A stretch of DNA of 64,000 nucleotides from Candidatus Latescibacterota bacterium (lineage in GTDB: Bacteria > Latescibacterota > UBA2968 > UBA8231). The notes under the pieces were generated by a model. That model worked only from the letters and a program-made list of their open reading frames with translations, did not search any database and was not told the DNA's origin. Numbering within the stretch: position 1 is the first letter of the stretch; every line of letters starts with the position of its first letter. Where the stretch lies: the NCBI GenBank assembly GCA_965206595.1, contig OZ242214.1, forward strand, positions 1,312,001-1,376,000, written 5' to 3'. This document shows, piece by piece, positions 39,666 through 47,872 of this stretch. The position numbers and the translations under genes were made by a program.

Positions 39666-40147
39666 TTACCTGGTCAACGCCTGGCGCAGGTCCTCCAAAT
39701 CGGTGAATCGCATCTGCGCGAGCTCGGCGACCATTGCCAGCCCCTGGTCATCGGCCAATTCGGGAGGCAGGACGGTTATCATCGTCCCGCTCGACAACCG
39801 GGTGGCCGACGTCGCATTTTGCTGTCCCCAGGAGCTGGCGGGGCAGGCATGAGTCGCCCTGCCTCCCTGCGTAGCGCGAACCACCACGGCCAGTAACCAC
39901 ACCCCCCGTCCGGTTGCTTCAGGCCGACGAGGTGGCCCTTCCGGACTTTCAGTTCGGTGCCGGGGACCAGGGGAACGTGAGGGATCTCCCCGAGGTCCTT
40001 CCGGACGCGGGCGAGGTAGGACTTCGAGCGCTTGTTGGCTAACCCCCCTTGGCGTATCCCTGAGCAGATGTCCGAGCAGGTTTTGACGTGCGGCCGCACT
40101 TTCCGCCGGGCGGCGGGAATGGTTTTTCTGCATTCACTGCACTTCAT
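39666..40147 (-). CDS. Small hypothetical protein with CxxC...CxxxC zinc-ribbon N-terminus; probable frameshift in G-run near 39905
   Basis: 'MKCSECRKTIP...KTCSDICS'; AAAGGAAAGG RBS; alternative C-terminus in frame of ORF 39666-40133. Confidence 0.5.
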
Positions 40148-40202
40148 ATGTGCGCCCCTTTCCTTTCTTTTTGGTATCCTCTGAGGCCGTCCCGCCCCCT
40201 CG

Positions 40203-40457
40203 TCAAGACAGGGATCCCAGGAGGCGGAAGATGGCGTTGAGGATGCGGCGGCCCAACGGTTCGGTTGGGTTGCGCTCGAGCCACCGCGCTTTGAGCAGCT
40301 CGCTTTCCCGCCGCCGGCGGATTGCGGCCTCCAGATCGGTCGCGGCGGCGGCCTCGAAATCCCGATGCGTAAGGGGTTTCCGTTTCATCGCTTCTCCGTC
40401 TTCTCCGTCTTTGCGGGGGCCGCCCATTCGTTTCTCCTCGTTTCTCCTCATTCCCAA
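40203..40457 (-). CDS. Small hypothetical protein
   Basis: Short helical ORF co-oriented with the zinc-ribbon ORF; true start may be 'MKRKPLT'. Confidence 0.35.
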   Translation of the reverse strand: MGMRRNEEKRMGGPRKDGEDGEAMKRKPLTHRDFEAAAATDLEAAIRRRRESELLKARWLERNPTEPLGRRILNAIFRLLGSLS

Positions 40458-40559
40458 AAGATAAGATCGTTTCCCCCCTCGGAAGGTGCCAAGCCCCCGG
40501 TCAGCTCCTCGCCGCCCGGCAGCTCCCGTTTTCCGGGCCGGTCCGAGGGGGAAGGGGAA

Positions 40560-41035
40560 TTATCGGTTGTGGTTGTGCCGCGATTCGGCCCGGTGAAGCC
40601 GCGCCTGCAGCTGCTGGTTCTGCTTGCGTAGCGCGCAGACCCGCTCTCCCAGCGCCTGAACGGCGTCGTGGCGGCGCTTCACAGCGCCCCAGGTGGACCG
40701 CTCGACGGCGGTGCCGGTCGGTCGGCGTTGCCACACGGTGACGGATCCCGTCCTCGTCGGTGAGGGTCAGGGTATCCCCTGCGACCTCGAACTGGAACAC
40801 CAGCTCCTCGGCGATCTCCTCCGCGCTCGGTTCGGAGCCGGTCAGCTCCTTCGTCGCGGCCACCAAGGCGTCCACGAGCAGGTCGATCAGCTCGTCCCGG
40901 GTCAGCCCGTTGAACCGCAGGGTGGCCGGATCGACGACGACCCGCAGCAGGGGGTTGCCCACGTCCCGGAGTAGGTCACGCCCAGAGTGTCCCCGGCTCC
41001 CGTGATGGTGCCGGAGAACGAGAACCGGCCGTCCT
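40560..41035 (-). pseudogene. Decayed lipocalin-like secreted protein with C-terminal TAVERSTWGAVK motif
   Basis: Three frames join to 'DGRFSFSGTITG..VTYSGTWAT / LLRVVVDP..FEVAGDTLTLTDEDG / VTVWQRRPTGTAVERSTWGAVKR'. Confidence 0.55.
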
Positions 41036-41301
41036 GCGGTCATCTTGCGCACCGGGTTGCCGTCGGCGTCGACGTCGGGGTCGGGGTCCCAGACCTCGGT
41101 GTCGTCCCCCCACATGGCCGAGTGCGGGCTGCCCCGCCAGACGACGTCGTCGTCGATGCCGATGAGTCCGGCGAGGGCGTCGACCCCGGCAGGGACCAGG
41201 GCTTCGAGCTGATGGGTGACGTCGTCCGGATTGCGGTCCGGCAGGAAGAAGAGCATCCAGTTGCCGTCGGTGTTGAAGATCAGGGGCGGAAGTCTGGTCA
41301 T
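41036..41301 (-). pseudogene. 5' fragment of the GHL10-like gene (duplicate)
   Basis: MTRLPPLIFNTDG...PVRKMTAG, then unrelated sequence. Confidence 0.88.
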
Positions 41302-42185
41302 CGCGGTCTCCGTTGCTTCGATTATGGGGCTCCTGCCGGCGCCGGCCGGCCAAGATAGCTTACCCCGCAGTCGTGTGAAACGGAGAGCGAACATGTACCG
41401 GACCGACCTCGTCCTCAACCGGAACTTCCAGCCGGGAGCCCCCTACGGCCCGGAGCAACAGGCGCTGCTCGACTCGGAGACGATGGCCGCGGTCAGGGAA
41501 GAAGTGGGCTCCTGGCCCGGGTACGAGCCGACCCCCCTGGTGCGGCTCGACGGCCGCGCCGCGGCCGCGGGAATTGCCCGGTTGTGGTGCAAGCACGAGG
41601 GCCCGCGTTTCGACATCGGCAGCTTCAAGCCCACCGGACCGACCTACGCCATGCTGACCGTGCTGCGCGGCGAGATCGAGAAGGCCGCCGGCGTCCGCCA
41701 CGCCCCGACGCGGGAGCTGCTCGACGGCAGGTACGCCGCCGCCGGGGTCACGGTCTGCGCCGCCACCTCGGGCAACCACGGCCGCGCCCTGGCCTGGGGG
41801 GCGCGCATGTTCGGCTGCCGCTGCATCATCTACATGAACGACAAGGTGAGTTCCGGAAGGGAGGCGGTGATCGCGTCCTTCGGAGCCGAGGTGGTGCGCG
41901 TCCCCGGCTCCTTCGACCGGGCGGTGCAGCGCTCGTTCGAGGATGCCGAGGAGAACGGCTACTTCGTCATCTGCGACCGGCAGCGGCGCTATCCCGAGGT
42001 GCCGCTGCGGATCATCCAGGGGTACGCCCTGGTCGGGGAGGAGATCGCATCGCAGCTGCCACTACCGGAAGCCCCCACGCATGTCTTCGTGCCCGGGGGC
42101 AGCGGCAAGCTCGCCTCGGCGGTCTGCGCGCGTCTTTGGGAATGCTACGGAGAGGCGCATCCGCGGGTGGTCACCGTCGAGCCGG
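41036..42185 (+). repeat. Copy 2 of the ~1.15-kb direct repeat
   Basis: Matches 34052-35200 at an offset of 6984-6985 bp. Confidence 0.97.
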
Positions 42186-42595
42186 AGGCCTCGGCCTGCC
42201 TGCGCGAGAGCGCCCTCGCCGGCAGGGCGGTGGAAGTGGGGGGCGACGCGAGCACGGTCATGGACGGGCTGGTCGTCGGCAAGGCCTGCGTCAACGCCTG
42301 GACGATCCTGGGGGCTGGGGCCTTCGCCTTCATGACGGTGGAGGACCGTGCCGCGACCGACGCCATGCGCCAGGCCGCCGAAGGGGCGGACGGGGACCCC
42401 GGGGTCGTGCTCGGCGACACCGGGAGCGCCGGCTGGGCAGGGTTCCTCGCGGCGTCGAGCGACCCTGGTTTGCGCGAGCAGCTGGGGTTGGACTCCGACA
42501 GCCGCGTGGTGGTGGTGGCGACCGAAGGGGCTACCGACCCGGAGGTGTACCGAGAGATCGTGGGCAGGAGCCCCGAGGAGGTGGAGGGGAGATAA
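41393..42595 (+). CDS. dpaL: Diaminopropionate ammonia-lyase-like PLP enzyme (intact copy)
   Basis: 'YEPTPL', 'KHEGPRFDIGSFK', 'ATSGNHGRALAWGA', 'IIQGY', 'THVFVPGGSG', 'ATEGATDPEVY'. Confidence 0.85.
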   Translation: MYRTDLVLNRNFQPGAPYGPEQQALLDSETMAAVREEVGSWPGYEPTPLVRLDGRAAAAGIARLWCKHEGPRFDIGSFKPTGPTYAMLTVLRGEIEKAAGVRHAPTRELLDGRYAAAGVTVCAATSGNHGRALAWGARMFGCRCIIYMNDKVSSGREAVIASFGAEVVRVPGSFDRAVQRSFEDAEENGYFVICDRQRRYPEVPLRIIQGYALVGEEIASQLPLPEAPTHVFVPGGSGKLASAVCARLWECYGEAHPRVVTVEPEASACLRESALAGRAVEVGGDASTVMDGLVVGKACVNAWTILGAGAFAFMTVEDRAATDAMRQAAEGADGDPGVVLGDTGSAGWAGFLAASSDPGLREQLGLDSDSRVVVVATEGATDPEVYREIVGRSPEEVEGR

Positions 42596-42779
42596 CCAGG
42601 GAAGTCACCCTCCCCTTGGCCGCCCTGTCTGGTCGGCAGATGATCCCAAGGTCTCGCACGTGACCATCGGCACGGTCTTGGAACGGCATAAGGTCACCTC
42701 CAACAGACCACACCTGGAAGGAGTCGAAGGATCCGGGCTTCTCCTCCCCAAAAAGCCCCTGCCCAGCTTCCCTGTGCAA

Positions 42780-42915
42780 CTTTTTCGACGTAGACCAAGA
42801 TCTCCGAACAGATGTTTCGGGCCAGAGCGTAGTGGTCTTGGTGGGGGTGCGAGATCACGCCTCCCAGCAAGCTGCCATCCGGCTCCTGAAAACCAGAAAC
42901 CTGAGGCAGCAGGCC
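42780..42915 (-). pseudogene. Internal fragment of an MBL-fold metallo-hydrolase
   Basis: 'LLPQVSGFQEPDGSLLGGVISHPHQDHYAL' (HxHxDH motif). Confidence 0.6.
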
Positions 42916-42935
42916 CTCTTCCTCTTTCCTCCAGA

Positions 42936-43159
42936 TGCCTTCTCGACCCGTCGCCGTCGCCGGGCGTACGGCTGGGTGGGCCCTCAACGGACCCTCAGGC
43001 CCCGGATTGATCCGGATACGGGCCGACGGCAACCAAACTGTACTGCGAACTCGGTCGAAGGACTGGCAAACGATTGTCACTCAGGGGAGTTGCCGGACCC
43101 TTGCGGAGCGCTGTCCGCTTTGACCGAGAGTCCAAAAAGGCGCCTCATTTTTCCTATAC
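42936..43159 (+). mobile_element. Non-coding IS91/ISCR-like oriIS end module
   Basis: Shares TGCCTTCTCGACCCG, CCTCAACGGxCCCTCAGGCC, TGCCGGACCCTTGCGG, GAGAGTCC and terminal CCTATAC with 35325-35506. Confidence 0.78.
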
Positions 43160-43384
43160 TTCGGCGAAGCATCCCTGCCAAGACGGCGTCGAGACCTAGA
43201 CCCAGACGCGGCTGCCGGACGGCAGTCCGGCGCGGCCGTGAAAGGCGTCGGCTTGCCAGACGGCGGGGAACGCCGGGACAAGAGCTAAGCCTGTAGGGAA
43301 CGCAAGCGTCGAATTATCTTGCCCGAAGGAGGTATGTCGGGCTATTGGGGTGATGCAATCTCCCCCAAAGGAGAGAATCTCGGG

Positions 43385-44152
43385 ATGGGACACGAAAGAT
43401 CAGGGGCGCTCCCACGTTCGCAGCAGTGGCGAGAGGTTGTCTCTTCGATAGCGGCACTTCAGACGGAGGGACAAGTCTCACAGGTCGCGAGGGCTACGAT
43501 CCATAATGTTCGTAAGCAATTTCACCTGATTCATAGAGATAGGGGGGTAATAGCAGCGTTCGGCTTCCTGATAGCGCTCTCGAGATCATCCGTCTCAGAT
43601 CATTCTCAGCGGCCTCATGTTGACCTCTCATCAAATCCCTCACCGCTGCGAATCTCCATAGACCTGTCTAAGTGGATCAAAGCTCACCTTGACTCCGTTG
43701 AGTATGCTGATATCGCACAGAAGGCTGCTACGGAGGTGGTCGGAACGTGGACCCGCCAGCAACAGCAACAATCGACCATTTTCCCCGAATACAGCAACGC
43801 TTCTGAAGTGTGGAGGAAAGCCGGAGGCGCCAGAGGTTTCTGTGAGGTAGCGAGGATTTTCTTTGCCAAATTCACTGAGAGATACCTCCATTTCTTCTTG
43901 GATAGAGAAGCCTCAGCCGTCCTCCCAGGTGTGGAGGAAAGGGACGGGTTTTCCAATCTCCTAGAAGAGCATGTCGATGCCGTTTCCACCCATGCGTTCG
44001 AAACCTCCAGAATTACGCAGTCATTCGCTGCCGGTTGGTACAACAACCACGCCCGTACGCGGATGCCTTCAAATGAGGAAATAGAGGGATTCTTACGGGT
44101 CGCATTCGGCAAGATCCGGGAGGAACTGATGCGGGAGAGTGTCGCTAAATGA
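43385..44152 (+). CDS. Hypothetical helical protein with MGH N-terminus; putative QatB-like partner of a QueC-like enzyme
   Basis: 'MGHERSGALPRSQQW..VV', 'FFAKFTERYLHFFLDRE', 'FAAGWY', 'AFGKIREEL'; AGGAG RBS; ATGA-coupled to next gene. Confidence 0.6.
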   Translation: MGHERSGALPRSQQWREVVSSIAALQTEGQVSQVARATIHNVRKQFHLIHRDRGVIAAFGFLIALSRSSVSDHSQRPHVDLSSNPSPLRISIDLSKWIKAHLDSVEYADIAQKAATEVVGTWTRQQQQQSTIFPEYSNASEVWRKAGGARGFCEVARIFFAKFTERYLHFFLDREASAVLPGVEERDGFSNLLEEHVDAVSTHAFETSRITQSFAAGWYNNHARTRMPSNEEIEGFLRVAFGKIREELMRESVAK

Positions 44153-44311
44153 CTCGCCCCATCATTCTCTGCAATGGTGCCGAGATGACGCCGGGGAAGG
44201 CCGCGGAGTCCCTGTATCGGCTAGACTATCTGGATGAGGCCACAAGGAATGTCAAACTACTACTCCCTGACTTCGTCAAAGGGGTGTATCACCTACCCGA
44301 CCGATTCTTAG
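44149..44311 (+). pseudogene. 5' stub of a putative QueC/QatC-like gene cut by IS1380
   Basis: 'MTRPIILCNG...RNVKLLLPDFVKGVYHLPDRFL|' stops at the IS end; family call from recalled N-terminal pattern only. Confidence 0.5.
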
Positions 44312-46171
44312 CCCTTGTTATTCATGGAATTTTAGTGGAGAGGGCTGTACTGGGTGCCTCCCATGCTTAGATTTCAGAGGGAAACACAAGGCAGTATCGC
44401 CCTTTGAACCCATCACACAGTAGGACACCCAATGGGTGAATTACCGTCACACACCGAGTCCGAGCAAGCCGGGCCGATTCAGCCGTCTTTCAACCGCTCC
44501 ATCCACATCGAAGCCCGCCCCACCCACCTTGGCAGCGACACCGGTGCGCTGATGTTGCGTCAACTGCTCGAACACAGCCGGGTTCTGGATTGGCTCGACG
44601 CCCACTTCGAGGATCTCCGTACCCAAGACCAGATCACGCACCCGCTGCCGGAGCTGCTGCGCACACAGATCGTGCTGCTGGCACAGGGCTGGACCCACGC
44701 CGCCGACGCCGACGCGTTGCGCCAAGATCCGATCCTGCGTCTGGCGGTCAGCGATCGCAAAGGGCAGGCGCCGTTGCGCAGCGGCGACGAAGACCGGCCG
44801 CAGGGACTGGCCAGTCAGCCGACGCTGTCGCGCCTGCTCGAGCAAGCCTCGACTGCCTATAACCGCGAGGTGTTGGAGGAAGCCGTCCTGCGCAGCGCCC
44901 GGTCTCGTTGCCGGCTGCTGGAAGGACGGATGAAATACGAGGAGTTGGCCGTCGACATGGATGCCCTGCCGATGCCGGCGCACGGGCACCAGGCGGGGGT
45001 CGAATACAACGGCTACTTCCACGCCTCGGGGTACCATCCCCTGCTCCTCGGCTCGGCGCAGACGGGCGATTTCTTCGGTGCCGTGCTGCGGCCGGGCAAC
45101 GTGCACGCCCATGAGGGCGCCTCAGAGGCTCTCGGCAAGCGCTTGGACTGGATTCAGTCGCATCTGGCCCGGCGCCTCATCCTGCGCTTCGACGCGGCCT
45201 CGGTGAGCGGGTCTTTCCTGAGTGAGCTGGAAGCGCGGGCCGACACCTCGTACGTGGCGCGCATCAAGAAGAATGCGCGCCTGGAGGAGCTGGCTCGTGC
45301 CTGGGTGGAAGGCTATCAGCAGGAGCTGGCGCAGCACCCGGAAGAGCTGCGGGAAGAGGGTTTTCGCTGTCGCGAGCTGCGTTATCAAGCCAGGTCCTGG
45401 GCGCAGCCCCGGCGGGTGGTGTTGGTCCTGGTCCCTTCCGAGACGGAAGAGCTGCCCATCGCCCGCCACTTCTTCCTGATCACCGACCAGAGTCCCCAGA
45501 CGATGAGCGGCCGCGACCTGGTCGCCTTTTATCGTCAGCGCGGCCTTTTCGAGCGCATGCTCGGCGAGTTGAGCTCCACCCTCCAGCCTCAGCTCTCCTC
45601 TACCACCCGTCGCAAGCAACACTACCGGGGTCGAGAGCCGCGTCAGCGCACCCCGTCCCGGGATGCCTTCGCTGCCAACCAGGCGCTTCTGACCTTGAAC
45701 CTGCTGGCCTACAACCTGCTTCACCTGGGCCGCCAGGCCGCCGAACGCGCCGAGGCCCGACGCGGGCGGCCCCGCACATACGGACGCTCGACGACGGCCC
45801 TGAGCCTGGACAGTTTTCGACGGCGCTACCTGCGCCTGCCGTCCCGCGTCACCTTGCATGGGCGCAGGGTGGGCGTCATCCTGACCCAAGGGACGGCGGC
45901 TGCCTGGGATCGTCTGTGGAGATTTCTGGCCACGCTCAAACCGGTGGACGCGGCGATGGCGTAAGCGCAGGCCGGGTCGGTCGGGATGATGGGCTCGCAA
46001 AGGCAAGCGTCTTCGAGAAGGCGCGTACAATTTCAACAAGGTCGGTAGAGATAAGGAGACGGCTCTACCCAAAAAGCCGACTATAGAAGGGACGCAAGCC
46101 TCTGAGGCTAAGCAAAGGGGTCTCGGAAGCGCCTATGTCCGCTTATGCGCGGGTTGAATGAATAACAAAGG
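44312..46171 (+). mobile_element. IS1380-family insertion sequence
   Basis: Terminal IRs CCCTTGTTATTCAT / ATGAATAACAAAGG (13/14); flanks CTTAG and CTAAG, no direct target duplication. Confidence 0.92.
44432..45964 (+). CDS. IS1380 DDE transposase
   Basis: 'SDTGALML', 'DADALRQDP', 'LASQPTLSR', 'FNG/YNGY..YHPL', 'LRPGNVH', 'RFDA', 'FYRQRG..E', 'FAANQ'. Confidence 0.92.
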   Translation: MGELPSHTESEQAGPIQPSFNRSIHIEARPTHLGSDTGALMLRQLLEHSRVLDWLDAHFEDLRTQDQITHPLPELLRTQIVLLAQGWTHAADADALRQDPILRLAVSDRKGQAPLRSGDEDRPQGLASQPTLSRLLEQASTAYNREVLEEAVLRSARSRCRLLEGRMKYEELAVDMDALPMPAHGHQAGVEYNGYFHASGYHPLLLGSAQTGDFFGAVLRPGNVHAHEGASEALGKRLDWIQSHLARRLILRFDAASVSGSFLSELEARADTSYVARIKKNARLEELARAWVEGYQQELAQHPEELREEGFRCRELRYQARSWAQPRRVVLVLVPSETEELPIARHFFLITDQSPQTMSGRDLVAFYRQRGLFERMLGELSSTLQPQLSSTTRRKQHYRGREPRQRTPSRDAFAANQALLTLNLLAYNLLHLGRQAAERAEARRGRPRTYGRSTTALSLDSFRRRYLRLPSRVTLHGRRVGVILTQGTAAAWDRLWRFLATLKPVDAAMA

Positions 46172-46256
46172 CTAAGTAATCGCCATAGCTCACCCCGTCA
46201 TCGCGTAGGGTGGTGCAGAAGCTCCAGACTTTGGAGACGATGGGAGCGGTGTTCAT
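46172..46256 (-). pseudogene. hsdM: First 28 codons of type I RM methyltransferase, cut by IS1380
   Basis: MNTAPIVSKVWSFCTTLRDDGVSYGDYL|, a typical HsdM N-terminus; ATGA overlap with upstream gene. Confidence 0.88.
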
Positions 46257-47872
46257 GTGGGGGCATCTCTTGTCTTGAGTCGCACAGCCAAAGCCTCGCC
46301 GCCGGCAGTTCGGCGATAGCGCTGGTGGCGACTTTGCGGTTTGTCCGGGAGGGTCATTTCGATCAGACCGGCCCTGAGGGCGGGGCCAAGGTATGCTTCC
46401 ACGAAGTGAGGCCGGTTGCTTATGCCCAGGATGTCCTGTAGCTGAGGACGGTTCATTTCCCCCGTGAGGATCGAGATCAGGCGTTCAACATGTTCTGTGA
46501 CATGTATGGTCTCATGTATGGTCTCATGTACGGTGTCTTGTGGGGCGTTCTGACCCTTCTTCTTGTTTTTCAATGACTTATCTTGTTCGGTCTCATGTTC
46601 GGTCGCCGCAAGCGAGGCCCGTTCATGGACCGGTAGGCGCACTCGAAACCAAGTGCGGTCGTCGTCGCTCTCAAAAATTGGATCCGGGGAGCCGTTCTGC
46701 CGCATGGCCCGGAAATCTTCGGCACGCCGGTTGAGCGCGCCTCGGCGAGGTCGAGTTCTTTCAGAAACTCACCAATACGCCGGTTCCGGTAGCGCCTGCT
46801 CACGGCCTGCCCCTTCTTGAAGTCATCCATACGGATGGAGCGGTCCGCACCCGGATAACTCAAGACCAGCAACTCTTCGCGGGTGATCCGAACTTCAACC
46901 GGCTCCCGCTCCTCGTATGAGCGATGGTAGATGTCGTTCACCAGCGCCTCTTCGATGGCACCAATCGGAAAATTCCAGAATCGCTCGGCCTCCGGCTTGT
47001 GGGGATACTTGACGACGATTTCCTTCAGGTAGTTCCGCTCAATGTAGCTGATCGCCTCGCTGAGAATGATGGATAACGGCCCGCGGAACTCCTTCTCCTC
47101 GAACTGATCGCCGCCCGGCCCATCGGGAAACCACACGACATCGATCTGGGTGGCCGGAAAAAACCTGTCCGGCCGCTCATTGAAGAACAGCAGACCGACG
47201 TTCTTCGGAAACATCGCCTCGGGCGGGCCGCCGACGATATTCAGGCGCTTGCCCAAGTCCTCAACAGATAGGCCCTCTGCTTCCGCTGCCAGTTCCGCTG
47301 CCGATTTCCCCGAGAAACTCACGGATCAGCCGATGGGACAGGTCATCAAGCGAAGCAGTCTGGCGATAGCGGTCGTCAAAAGGTACTGTGGCCGCCAGAC
47401 TGAGCAGCTCACGCTCGTCCTGACCCTTGGCGCGAACCGTGCTGCTGTGTCTGCGCATGAAGTAGGCCCAATCGTTGCGCTCCGCACTCAGATTCACTTT
47501 GGCTTTGTAGGGACGGGTTTCGCCGCCGGGTACCCAGAGGACGAGGATGGTCTGGCCATCGACGTTATAGGTAGCGGTGAGGGGATGGTAATGCGGCTGT
47601 ATGGCGGCATGCCCCAGATTGAGTAGTTCCTTCTGTATCGCATCGATGGCATCGGGCCTGATGCCCTTGGGCGGCAAAATTGGGCGGCCGTTTTGTTCCT
47701 CGACGCCCAGGACCACGTAACCGCCGCCTAGATTGTGGAAGTCGTTGGCAAAGGCGCAGATGGTGTGCAGCACGCTCTGCGGATTCCAACCAGCTTTGTA
47801 CTCGATGCGTTCGCCTTCGATGGGGCGCTGGCGCAGCAGGTGGTCGATGTTGATGGGAAGTTTGCCGGTCAT
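46253..47872 (-). pseudogene. AlbA_2 (Schlafen-like) + HATPase_c_4 (RecG-C-like) + wHTH protein, two frameshifts
   Basis: 'EGERIEYKAGW..TICAFAND..GGYVVLGV', 'EEALVN..YHRSY', 'YRNRRIGEFLKELDL', 'PDKPQSRHQRY'; shifts near 47293 and 46712. Confidence 0.85.

Noticed and set aside
40920-40985. 'DLLRDVGNPLLRVVVDPA' as a sugar-phosphate isomerase fragment
   Set aside because: Better explained as an off-frame reading of the decayed lipocalin-like gene
35507-41035. Integron (integrase plus cassettes)
   Set aside because: Recombinases are Cre-like without the IntI insertion, and no attC-like sites were found around the cargo ORFs
43208-43370. Hairpins upstream of the MGH gene as an ncRNA or riboswitch
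   Set aside because: Three short stems but no recognisable family motif or second copy; not supportable without covariance analysis
44307-46176. 19-bp terminal IRs for IS1380 including CTTAG/CTAAG
   Set aside because: Those 5 bp read as codons of the two interrupted genes and are treated as target sequence; IS1380-family IRs usually begin CC
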